Shown piece after piece: positions 9,489-18,352 of a stretch of 32,000 nucleotides of DNA. The stretch comes from an uncultured archaeon. Lineage in GTDB: Archaea > Iainarchaeota > Iainarchaeia > Iainarchaeales > Iainarchaeaceae. A program made the translations under genes and the position numbers. Below the pieces are notes generated by a model, which did not search any database, was not told where the DNA came from, and worked only from the letters and a program-made list of their open reading frames with translations. Each line of letters opens with the position of its first letter. Positions within the stretch are counted from its first letter, which is position 1. The stretch is from assembly GCA_964577555.1 (NCBI GenBank), contig CAZNZM010000002.1:33012-65011 (forward strand). Reading direction: 5' to 3'.

Positions 9489-9812
9489 TTATGTTTGGAA
9501 TTTGTTTAAGTAGCCGTTTTTTTTGAGGTGTTCTACTTGTGTGCCTATGTATCTCCAAACCACGTCCGCTTTTGATGGTTGGAAGTCCCATAATTTTATT
9601 ATGACAATGTCTCTTTCTCTCAGCCATGTTTTCTTTTTCATTCTTCCAGGTATTCTGCATATTCTTTCTTTTCCGTCTTCGCATAGTATTTTGACTTGGT
9701 TGGAGCCGTGGAGTTGTATTACTTGTCCGAACATTTCCAGTTTGTCTTTTTTTGGCATAACTATTTTTCTTAAATGTTCTTCTTGGATTTCTTGTTCGTT
9801 TTCTTCTGTCAC
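9489..9812 (-). CDS. Translation initiation factor aIF1A
   Basis: EMFGQVIQLHGSNQVKILCEDGKERICRIPGRMKKKTWLRERDIVIIKLWDFQPSKADVVWRY is a typical S1/OB-fold eIF1A. Confidence 0.95.
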   Translation of the reverse strand: MTEENEQEIQEEHLRKIVMPKKDKLEMFGQVIQLHGSNQVKILCEDGKERICRIPGRMKKKTWLRERDIVIIKLWDFQPSKADVVWRYIGTQVEHLKKNGYLNKFQT

Positions 9813-9814
9813 TT

Positions 9815-10105
9815 TTACACCTTGATTATAATTGCGTGTTCTATTCCGCAGATTTTTATTATCTCTTTTTCGTTTATTAAACCTTCTTTGATGGCTGTTT
9901 TTATTGGTTCTTTGCCGAACAAGTTTATGCTTGTGGCTTCTTTCATGAGTTGTGCGAGTTTTTTGTGGTTTGTTTTTTCTCCTTTATAGAATTCTTCGGA
10001 AATTTGTATGTCGTATTTTTCATCTTTGAAATTTTTTCCAATAAGATTTTCTTCGCAAGCCGCGAGTATTGTTTCGTTTCCCATTTGGTGTATTTTGTAG
10101 TACAA
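9815..10105 (-). CDS. DUF424-family protein
   Basis: 96 aa; ACEENLIGKNF...INLFGKEPIKTAIKEGLINEKEIIKICGIEHAIII resembles DUF424, adjacent to aIF1A and aIF2-beta. Confidence 0.75.
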   Translation of the reverse strand: MYYKIHQMGNETILAACEENLIGKNFKDEKYDIQISEEFYKGEKTNHKKLAQLMKEATSINLFGKEPIKTAIKEGLINEKEIIKICGIEHAIIIKV

Positions 10106-10109
10106 TATT

Positions 10110-10517
10110 TCACCCTAGTTTTTTGAGCGGGCTTATTGCGCCGCATGCTGTGCATTTCATTACTTTTACCCCGCTCTTGTCAATTATTTGGGTATCTGGC
10201 TTGCCACAAGCGTGGCACAGGACGTATTCTTTTAAGTAGCTTGCAAAGAGTTTTGTTATTGTGTCTTGGTAGAATTTGCCGCTTAATATGAGTTTTCCGT
10301 CTTCTATTGTGCCTGCTGTTGCGGTTTCTTTTGTTAGATATTTGTAAAATTGTTTTTCATCTCTTGAAATTGTTTTCATTGCTTGGCTGAAGTTTTTTAT
10401 TATTGTTTTTTTGCCTTCTATTGTGCTTTGCATTGTTGGTAATTCGAATCTGTCTTTTGAAACGGTTTTTTCAGGCAGGCTCATATAAAGCCTTTTGAGC
10501 ATAGAGTCATAATCCAT
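10110..10517 (-). CDS. Translation initiation factor aIF2 subunit beta
   Basis: 135 aa with C-terminal zinc ribbon YVLCHACGKPDTQIIDKSGVKVMKCTACGAISPLKKL. Confidence 0.93.
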   Translation of the reverse strand: MDYDSMLKRLYMSLPEKTVSKDRFELPTMQSTIEGKKTIIKNFSQAMKTISRDEKQFYKYLTKETATAGTIEDGKLILSGKFYQDTITKLFASYLKEYVLCHACGKPDTQIIDKSGVKVMKCTACGAISPLKKLG

Positions 10518-10593
10518 GCTAATTTAGTGTTGAAATAGGCTTTTAAATAATCCTTGGGTTTGGTTTTGGAATTGTTTTTGGTTTTATTGTTGT

Positions 10594-10962
10594 TTAAGGT
10601 GATAATTCCAACTTATATGTTGCCAAAGTTAGCAATGAATTGCTGTGTCTGACAATAAGGTACCAGGTATTATCTCTTTCTGCAATTTGTACTTGTATAA
10701 AAGGTTTTTCTTGAAATTGTTTTTTTAAATTAGTTGGAATGGTAAAATTTATCTGCTTTCCTTTTGCATTTGTAAAAACTTTTCCTAAATCTAAAGTAGC
10801 AATTACTCCATTAGTTATTACTCTAATGCCATCTACTACCTTGTTTTCTGGTTTTATTCCTCTTAATACTACTATTGGCGCCGGTTTTATATTTGGCATT
10901 TTGTGTTTAGGTCCAGGTTTAGGCTCTCTGCCTCGTCTTCTTATTCTTAATATATTTCGCAT
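10594..10962 (-). CDS. Hypothetical protein with basic N-terminus
   Basis: 122 aa ORF (MRNILRIRRRGREPKPGPKHKMPNIKPAP...). Sense-strand composition matches neighbouring minus-strand genes; family not recognised. Confidence 0.5.
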   Translation of the reverse strand: MRNILRIRRRGREPKPGPKHKMPNIKPAPIVVLRGIKPENKVVDGIRVITNGVIATLDLGKVFTNAKGKQINFTIPTNLKKQFQEKPFIQVQIAERDNTWYLIVRHSNSLLTLATYKLELSP

Positions 10963-11263
10963 TAATAAGGCATATCATTGTTTCTAATATAAATAGCTTT
11001 ACTTTTTGTTGGTTGTGTAGAAATCTTGTTTGCTTTTTAAGCAAGTTTCGCTTATTCTTTTTGATTTTTCAAAACAAAAGCAAGTTAATTTTTCTTATCT
11101 TATCTGGTTTATAAGTTCCAAAAATTAATTAGTTTGCATTAAGTAAATTATCTGTGTATTGATATAGAATAAAAGTGGTGCTTTTAATTAATGGTAATTG
11201 CACTGGCATAGACGCTTCCCAGCGTTTATATTGTGTTTTAAGAATAAACTGTGGTGGGGGAAA

Positions 11264-13378
11264 ATGTACGGGGAAGCAGAGAACAAGAAAGTTTCGTTGG
11301 ATGAAAATCCGCTTGTTGAGAAATTTGGCGAGTTTTTAAGGCATAAATGTTCTAAGGAAATTGAGAAGCTTGCTCAAAAGTATCCTGAGAAGAGGAGTCT
11401 TTTGGTTGATTTTAAGGAGCTTGAGCGTTTTGATTTTGAGCTTGCAGATGAGTTGCTTGTAAATCCTGACGAGTCGATGGAAGCGATTTCAGAAGCGATA
11501 AGCCAAATTGAATTGCCTTTGCTTGATGAAAAAAAATTCAAGCCGCATGTAAGGTTTTACAATATTCCTGCTGAAAAAAGTCCCATACTTAGAAAACTTA
11601 GTGCTGAGCATATTGGCAAGCTTATTTCTGTTGAGGGTGTTGTAAGGCAAGTTACTGAAGTGCTTCCTAAGTTGAAGTATGCTTTGTGGCGATGCACTAG
11701 GTGTGATGCAACTTATAAGATTCCGCAATCAAAGAATTATTCAAGGGCTCCTAATTATTGTGCTGAATGTAAGCAGAAGGCGTTTGAGTTGATTGAAGAG
11801 AAAAGCGAGTTTATTGATTATCAAAAAATTCAGATTCAAGAGCCTCTTGAGTATTTGAAGGGCAATCAGCAGGCTACTAATCTTGATATTTATGTGAGTG
11901 ATGATTTGGTGAATAAAGCAAGTCCTGGTGACAGGGTAAAAATAACCGGGGTGCTTAGGCTTGTTCCTCCGAAAGAGAAGAAGACTGTTTATGGAAGGTA
12001 TTTGGAGGCTGTGTATATTGAAGAAACTGCGAAGGAGTTTGAAGAAGTTGAAATTACTAAGGAAGAGGAAGAGGAAATAAGGAAGCTTGCCGCGAATGAA
12101 AATATTTATGAAATGTTGATTCAAAGCATTGCGCCTCATATTTATGGGCATGAAATAATGAAAGAGGCTATTGCGTTGCAGTTGTTTGGCGGGGTTAAGA
12201 AGGTTTTGCCAAATGATCAATTTGTTAGGGGTAATATTCATGTTTTGCTTGTTGGTGATCCTGGAATGGCGAAGTCTGCTGTTTTGAAAGCAACTAATAG
12301 TATTGCTCCTAAATCAATATATATTGCTGGTAAGACTTCAAGTGGTGCTGGTATTTCTGCTACTGCTGTAAAGGACGAGTTTGGTGAAGGTGGTTGGACT
12401 TTGAAGGCTGGTGCGCTTGTGCTTGCTTCTGGTGGCATGGCGATGATTGACGAGTTTGATAAAATGGATTCTGAGGATAGGAGTGCTATGCATGAAAGTA
12501 TGGAGCAACAAACCATAAGCGTTGCGAAAGCTGGTATTGTAACAAAATTTAGAACCGAGACTTCCATATTGGCTGCTGCTAATCCTAAATATTCCAGGTT
12601 TGACCCTTATAGGCCGTTTATTGAACAAATTGATTTGCCTGCGTCTCTCATAAGCAGGTTTGATTTGTTTTTTATGATTAGGGACATTCTTGACAGGACA
12701 AAGGATGCTGAAATAGCTGGGCATATACTTAGGACTCATAAGGCTGGGGAAATGATGTTGCAGTTGTCAAAGAAGGGTGTTCAGAGCAAATCTGAAGAGC
12801 TTGAACAAATAAAAGAGCAAATCACTCCAAGGATTTCAGGGGAGATTCTTAAAAAATATATTTCTTATGCCAGGCAGAATGTTTTTCCGATTTTGAGTGA
12901 TGAATCTCTTAAAGAGCTTATGGAGTTTTATGTTGGTTTGAGGGATCAGGGTAGAAAAGAAGGTTCTTATAGTGCTACGCATAGGCAACTTGAAGGTCTT
13001 ATAAGGCTTTCTGAAGCCAGTGCGAGAGTCAGGTTATCTGATGTTGTTGAAAGGCAGGACGTGGAGCGTGCAATAAGGTTGGTTAGGGCTTCGTTGCAAG
13101 ATCTTGTTACTGATCCTGAAACTGGAAAAATAGACATTGATATAATCACTGCTGGGCATACTCATACTACTCTTTCAAATTTGAAGAAGATATTTGATAT
13201 AATAAAGGAGAAGTGTCAGACTAATGACATGGTGTCAATAGAGGAAATAATTGCTGAGGGACAGGCTCAAGGCATTGATGCAAACAAGGTAAGGGATTTG
13301 ATAGAAAAGTTGCAAAAGAAAGGTGAAATTTATATGCCTAGGAATGGTTATTATAAAGCTAAAGGCGAGTTTAATTAA
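11264..13378 (+). CDS. mcm: Minichromosome maintenance (MCM) replicative helicase
   Basis: Zinc motif CTRC...CAEC, Walker A GDPGMAKSAVLK, Walker B MAMIDEFDKM, arginine finger region LISRFDLFFM. Start set at 11264 after gtggtggggg; the ORF-track start at 11198 adds an implausible leader. Confidence 0.96.
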   Translation: MYGEAENKKVSLDENPLVEKFGEFLRHKCSKEIEKLAQKYPEKRSLLVDFKELERFDFELADELLVNPDESMEAISEAISQIELPLLDEKKFKPHVRFYNIPAEKSPILRKLSAEHIGKLISVEGVVRQVTEVLPKLKYALWRCTRCDATYKIPQSKNYSRAPNYCAECKQKAFELIEEKSEFIDYQKIQIQEPLEYLKGNQQATNLDIYVSDDLVNKASPGDRVKITGVLRLVPPKEKKTVYGRYLEAVYIEETAKEFEEVEITKEEEEEIRKLAANENIYEMLIQSIAPHIYGHEIMKEAIALQLFGGVKKVLPNDQFVRGNIHVLLVGDPGMAKSAVLKATNSIAPKSIYIAGKTSSGAGISATAVKDEFGEGGWTLKAGALVLASGGMAMIDEFDKMDSEDRSAMHESMEQQTISVAKAGIVTKFRTETSILAAANPKYSRFDPYRPFIEQIDLPASLISRFDLFFMIRDILDRTKDAEIAGHILRTHKAGEMMLQLSKKGVQSKSEELEQIKEQITPRISGEILKKYISYARQNVFPILSDESLKELMEFYVGLRDQGRKEGSYSATHRQLEGLIRLSEASARVRLSDVVERQDVERAIRLVRASLQDLVTDPETGKIDIDIITAGHTHTTLSNLKKIFDIIKEKCQTNDMVSIEEIIAEGQAQGIDANKVRDLIEKLQKKGEIYMPRNGYYKAKGEFN

Positions 13379-13474
13379 CTTTTTTTTGAAGTTATTTAAT
13401 TTTTTAAAACCATTTCATCAGAATCATAGAATTTGGTTAAATAGTAATAAATATGGCATATTCTAATTAGTTTT

Positions 13475-14419
13475 ATGCAATTATTTTCTGTTTTGCAAAT
13501 AATAATCGGTTTTATAGTTTTGGCTAAAGCTTCAGAGTTTGCAATTCATAGGGCTTCTGCAATATCTCGCCATTTCGGGCTTTCTGAATATATGGTTGGT
13601 TTTATAGCAGTTGGCTTGCTTTCCGTTTTGCCTGAATTGGGTATAAGCATTATGTCGGCAGTTGAGGGCGAATCGCAATTTGGTTTGGGTGTATTATTAG
13701 GAAGCAATATAGCTGATTTAACTTTGGTGGTTGGAATTGTCGCGCTTTTTGCAGGACAAATAAAGATGAGGGATAAGTTGATAAAGAAAGCCGACAAGTT
13801 GCTTTTGTCTATTTCAATGCCTACTCTTTTGTTGTTGGATGGTGAATTATCGGCTTTTGACGGTTGCATTTTGTTGTTTTGTTTTGTTCTTTATGCTCAT
13901 GGAATAATAACTTCGGAGCATCCGTTGAATAAGCAAGTATTTAGAGTTAGGGTTGATGTTTTGTGGGAACTTGTAATGTTGTTTGCTGCTATAATAATAG
14001 TTCTTGTTTCAGGTCATTTTATAACAGATGGTGCAAAAGTATTGAGTTTGAATCTTGGCCTTCCTTTATTTGTTATTGGCATTGTTTTGGCAATAGGAAC
14101 TTGCGCTCCTGAATTAATTTTTTCAATAAACGCTGCAAGAAAAAACAAGTTGGAACTTGGTTTTGGCGACATAATAGGAAACGTGTTTGCCGATGCAACT
14201 GCAGTAATAGGCATTATATCAATAATTTCTCCGATAAGGCCCAATCCTCCTGAAATGGCAATATCCAGTGGCATATTCATGTCGTTAAGTCTTGCAATTT
14301 TAATATTTATTTTCAATCAAAAAGGCAGCTTAGGAAAAGCTACAGGCGTGGTTTTGATTATTATTTACATAATTTTTCTGGTTGCGCAATTCTTTATTGA
14401 TGCATTGTTGCTTTATTAA
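13475..14419 (+). CDS. Sodium/calcium exchanger (CaCA family) membrane protein
   Basis: Duplicated alpha-repeats: LSVLPELGISIMSAVEGESQFGLGVLLGSNIADL and TCAPELIFSINAARKNKLELGFGDIIGNVFADA. Confidence 0.9.
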   Translation: MQLFSVLQIIIGFIVLAKASEFAIHRASAISRHFGLSEYMVGFIAVGLLSVLPELGISIMSAVEGESQFGLGVLLGSNIADLTLVVGIVALFAGQIKMRDKLIKKADKLLLSISMPTLLLLDGELSAFDGCILLFCFVLYAHGIITSEHPLNKQVFRVRVDVLWELVMLFAAIIIVLVSGHFITDGAKVLSLNLGLPLFVIGIVLAIGTCAPELIFSINAARKNKLELGFGDIIGNVFADATAVIGIISIISPIRPNPPEMAISSGIFMSLSLAILIFIFNQKGSLGKATGVVLIIIYIIFLVAQFFIDALLLY

Positions 14420-14426
14420 GAAATTT

Positions 14427-16613
14427 TTAGAGTATTTTGATTTTTTTTGCTTTGCCGCCGCAATATTTTGTTATGTTCTCAAAAATTTTTTCAAGAGCAG
14501 AATTAATTTCTTCTTGTGAAGTATTTTCATTGCCTTGGACATAAATTAAAATATTTTTTGTTGAGTTTGTAACTTTTGTTTGTTCGCATTGTTTTATGTC
14601 CATTCTGCATAAAACGATTTTGTTATCTACGAATATGTATTCTCCTTTTGGTATACTGCTTTTTTCAGTGGAGCCCATTGGTGTAAAATCTTCATTGCCA
14701 TTAGAGATTGTTGCCTTGATGTTGCCTGAAATTTTGTCAAGGTCATGGCATCCTACAACAAGCCCTTTGGTTAGCGATACAATGTTATAAGAATCTACTG
14801 CGGTATTGATGCTTGGCAGTTTTCCAGCCGTACTTACTATTTCAACCAGATTGGAAATGGCGTTTTTTGTATTTTTTACTCCGAGTTTGTTGTAAATTTC
14901 GTAGTATCCTTTTACTTGTTTAGAATTAATGGTTTTGGATAAATCAAGCTTTTTGGTTTCCATAGATATTTTTTTTTCAAGCCCTTCGTGTTTCTTTTTG
15001 ATTGAAACTCCTTCAACTATTCCCGCGGATATTTTTAATCCAATGTTTTTTAAGTCTCTTGAAATGGAAAAAGAAATGTCTTTTGTTTGAGTTTCCTTTT
15101 TTTCTTCATCAATTTTCTTGAATAGTATTTCTTTTTTTCCGAGTTTTGTTCCGGGTTTGAGCAAATTAAATTTTGCTTCAAAAAACGCGCCTTTACTAGG
15201 AGTGTTGCAATTCAATTGTTTTAATATTTTTTCAGAAGTTGAAGGAATGAATGGCCATAATAGTATTGATATTATTCTGATGGAATCAAGTACCGAATAG
15301 AGTGTTTTTTCAGCTTCTTTTCCTTCAAGTTTCCACGGTTCTGTGTCGTTTATGTATTTATTGCATTCCGCGATGAATGAGAATATTTCTGCAAGAGAAT
15401 TATGTGTTTCAAGTTTTTCCATGCATGAAGAAATTTTTTCCAAATCAAGTTTTGATGAGAGCCTTTCATCGGTTTTTGCATCAGGAACAATTGAATCAAG
15501 TTTTTTTTCCGAGAGTGAAATTACTCGGTAAACCAAATTTCCTAGCGAATCAGCCAGTTCGTTGTTATGTCTTTCAATCAAAGCATTAATTGAAAAATTT
15601 CCGTCTTCTCCAAGCGGGATTTCTCGGAGCAAATAATATCTTACTGCATCAACTCCGTAATTTGAACTTATTTCTATTGGGTCAATCATTTTTCCTGAGC
15701 TTTTTGAAAGTTTTTCCCCTGAAGCGGTGTTTATGAATCCGTGTACGAATACGCGCTTTGGAGGTTCTATGTTCATTGCAAAAAGCATGCATGGCCAAAT
15801 TACGCTGTGAAACCAAAGAATGTCTTTGCCAATAACATGGATGTCTGCTGGCCAGAACTTGTCAAATTGTTTTGAAGGATAATCAATGCCTGAAATATAA
15901 TTAAGTAATGCGTCAAACCATACATAAATAACGTGTCTTTTGTCGTGTTTTAACGGTATTCCCCATGAAAAACTTGTTCTTGAAACGCTTAAGTCTTTAA
16001 GCCCTTCTTTAATCCTGTTAATTATTTCTTGCCTTCGCCTCACGGGAAAAATAAATTCCGGGTTTTTTTCGAAATAGTCCAAAAGTTTTTGTTGATACTT
16101 TCCCATTCTGAAAAAATAACTTTCTTCGCTTAAAGGTTCCGGCTTTTTTTTGTGTATTGGGCATAACCCGTCAATTAAATCTTTTTCAAGGTAGAATGCT
16201 TCGCATCCTGTGCAATAAAGTCCTTCGTATTTTCCCAAATAAATGTCTCCTTTGTCCATGACTCTTTGAAAAAGCATTTGGCATATTTCTTCGTGCCCTT
16301 TTTCAGTCGTCCTTATGAATCTGTCGTTTGAAATGTTCCAAGCTAAGCAAAGTGATTTAAAGTGTTCAACTTGCAAATCAACGAATTCTTTTGGCTTCAG
16401 GCCTGATTTCATTGCGGCTTGTTCAATTTTTTTTCCGTGTTCGTCTGTGCCTGTCAGAAAAAATACTTCTTCTCCTTTGAGCCTGTGCCATCTTGCCAAG
16501 CAATCCGCAATTACTTTTTCGTAGGCGTGCCCTAAATGGGGTTTTGAATTTGGGTAGTCAATTGCTGTTGTAATATAAAATTTTTCCGGCTTGGGTTTTT
16601 TGGGATTTTTCAT
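14427..16613 (-). CDS. metG: Methionyl-tRNA synthetase (bacterial-type) with C-terminal B3/B4-like domain
   Basis: Class I HIGH-like PHLGHAYEK, CTGCEAFY zinc knuckle, KHVIYVWFDALLNYISG-type segment (here RHVIYVWFDALLNYISG), KLSKSSGKMIDP (KMSKS-like). Residues ~510-728 resemble COG3382/B3_4. Confidence 0.95.
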   Translation of the reverse strand: MKNPKKPKPEKFYITTAIDYPNSKPHLGHAYEKVIADCLARWHRLKGEEVFFLTGTDEHGKKIEQAAMKSGLKPKEFVDLQVEHFKSLCLAWNISNDRFIRTTEKGHEEICQMLFQRVMDKGDIYLGKYEGLYCTGCEAFYLEKDLIDGLCPIHKKKPEPLSEESYFFRMGKYQQKLLDYFEKNPEFIFPVRRRQEIINRIKEGLKDLSVSRTSFSWGIPLKHDKRHVIYVWFDALLNYISGIDYPSKQFDKFWPADIHVIGKDILWFHSVIWPCMLFAMNIEPPKRVFVHGFINTASGEKLSKSSGKMIDPIEISSNYGVDAVRYYLLREIPLGEDGNFSINALIERHNNELADSLGNLVYRVISLSEKKLDSIVPDAKTDERLSSKLDLEKISSCMEKLETHNSLAEIFSFIAECNKYINDTEPWKLEGKEAEKTLYSVLDSIRIISILLWPFIPSTSEKILKQLNCNTPSKGAFFEAKFNLLKPGTKLGKKEILFKKIDEEKKETQTKDISFSISRDLKNIGLKISAGIVEGVSIKKKHEGLEKKISMETKKLDLSKTINSKQVKGYYEIYNKLGVKNTKNAISNLVEIVSTAGKLPSINTAVDSYNIVSLTKGLVVGCHDLDKISGNIKATISNGNEDFTPMGSTEKSSIPKGEYIFVDNKIVLCRMDIKQCEQTKVTNSTKNILIYVQGNENTSQEEINSALEKIFENITKYCGGKAKKIKIL

Positions 16614-16813
16614 AAAGAAAAATTCAAGGAAATTTAATTTAAATATGATTGGAAAGCAAAAAAATTCCTAAATTAATACTTTTTGCCAGATAATGGCTTG
16701 CGTGAAAATGTTATCTTTTTTTTGCGAGCAGTTTTTCAATCAAGTATTTTATTTTTTTGTACGACGTTGTTAAATAATTATTTTTTATTTAGTTGTGTAT
16801 TTGAGTTATATTA

Positions 16814-17437
16814 ATGTCGAGGATAAGGGATTTGAGGGATTTAAAAAACGAGGAAATGTTTCATTTTCCTTCTTGGTTAAAGTATTTTTTTATTATTGCT
16901 TTTTTGTTGCTTTTTGCCTATTTGGTTTTTTCAAACATGGTTTTTGTTAAAAGCTTTGTAATAGGTTATGGTTTGTTGGGTCTTTTTGTAGGTTCAATAA
17001 TAGCTAATGCAACCGTGCTTTTTCCAGTGCCTGTTGTTGATGTTGTTTTTCTTGCACTTGCCGGCGATTCAACTTCTATTTTTGAAGCAATTTTTTTGGG
17101 CTTTGTCGTTGGTTCTGGTGCGGCGATTGGTGAAATGAGTGCTTATCTTGCCGGGCTTTTTGGGATTCAGGCTGCGGAAAGGGTGAAGAAAGCAGAGTTT
17201 GATAAAATGAAAATAATAAGGGAAAAAATCAGCAAGTTTGGCGGTTATTTCATTTTTTTCTCTGCTTTGGTGCCTTTTCCTTTTGATATAATCGGCATAA
17301 CTGCTGGCTTGATTAAGTTTGATTATCGCAGGTTTTTTGTTGCTGCTTTGGCTGGCAAACTCGCTCGTTATGTAATTCTTTCGTTGGCTTCATTTTATGG
17401 AATTCATACGATTAAGTCTTTTTTTGGTATTGCGTGA
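16814..17437 (+). CDS. VTT/SNARE-associated (DedA-like) membrane protein
   Basis: Multi-TM; VGSGAAIGEMSAYLAGLFG and PFPFDIIGITAGLIKFDYRRFFVAALAGKLARY are characteristic. Confidence 0.82.
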   Translation: MSRIRDLRDLKNEEMFHFPSWLKYFFIIAFLLLFAYLVFSNMVFVKSFVIGYGLLGLFVGSIIANATVLFPVPVVDVVFLALAGDSTSIFEAIFLGFVVGSGAAIGEMSAYLAGLFGIQAAERVKKAEFDKMKIIREKISKFGGYFIFFSALVPFPFDIIGITAGLIKFDYRRFFVAALAGKLARYVILSLASFYGIHTIKSFFGIA

Positions 17438-17439
17438 TT

Positions 17440-18267
17440 TTACAAGAAAATAATTTTAAGTATTATAAATGTTGCAATCATGAATGTTGATTGTACTGGT
17501 AGTGCTGGCAAGGGTGTTTTCTTTTTTGAACTCGTATCTATTGTTGTCATTAGTCCAAGCATGGATGCAAAAATTATTGTTCCTGAAAATAGTAATGCGT
17601 ATTCTGTTTGGTAATTTTTTTTTGCTTCTGCGAGAATTGATACTGCGAATGTCAATGGTATTACTAAATCTCCTGTGCCTAGTTCGAATTTTTTTTCTTT
17701 TGTCGGTATTGCAAATGTAAAAGCCAGGTTTTTGTCTATAATTCCTTTTGCAAGCGCCACCATGTGTTTTGTTTTGAAAACCGCTATATAATCGTATATT
17801 GCAAGCAAAATTATGAATATTGCTATTGCGTCTGCCCCAATGCTTGCTCCTATTAGTGCTCCTGCTCCTGCAGTGGCAATTATGCTTGTTATGTTTCTCA
17901 AAAAAATATTTTTTGCGAATACCAGCCTTGCTGTTATTATTCCTATTCCTGCCCCTAATATTAAAAATTCTGGGGGGTTGTAAGGCACTAAAATTATGAT
18001 AATAGAACTGAATATTGCAATGCTTTCAATTATTTTGAATATTATGTATGAAAACAAGTTTGGCATTAATTTGAGCATTAAAAGTATTATTCCTGTTATT
18101 ATTAACATCCAAATTAGTAATGCTATGACATTAACCAAAGAGTTTGGGTTTTCTTCTATTATTATTGCTCTTATGTTGTTTTTTGTCAGGAAATTGCCTG
18201 CGCTTAAGCCAAGTATCATTGTGGTTGCGAAAATTAGTGATAATTTGTAGTTTATTTCTTTGTTCAT
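17440..18267 (-). CDS. Presenilin/signal-peptide-peptidase-like intramembrane aspartyl protease
   Basis: Multi-TM with LAIYDYIAVF (YD), FELGTGDLVIPL (GxGD) and PLPALPVQ (PAL) motifs. Confidence 0.82.
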   Translation of the reverse strand: MNKEINYKLSLIFATTMILGLSAGNFLTKNNIRAIIIEENPNSLVNVIALLIWMLIITGIILLMLKLMPNLFSYIIFKIIESIAIFSSIIIILVPYNPPEFLILGAGIGIITARLVFAKNIFLRNITSIIATAGAGALIGASIGADAIAIFIILLAIYDYIAVFKTKHMVALAKGIIDKNLAFTFAIPTKEKKFELGTGDLVIPLTFAVSILAEAKKNYQTEYALLFSGTIIFASMLGLMTTIDTSSKKKTPLPALPVQSTFMIATFIILKIIFL

Positions 18268-18352
18268 GTTTCATTTTTAGACAACAATTATTTAATTGTT
18301 TTCCTTGGCGGTTTGTTGATTATGTATTTGTTAGTTTTGTAGTTTGTTTTTT

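Noticed and set aside
10963-11263. Replication origin beside mcm
   Set aside because: No Orc1/Cdc6 gene, no clear paired ORB-like repeats, and strand skew appears constant across the site.
11264-13378. Intein or missing domains in MCM
   Set aside because: Walker A, Walker B and arginine-finger regions are contiguous and of normal length; no splicing motifs seen.
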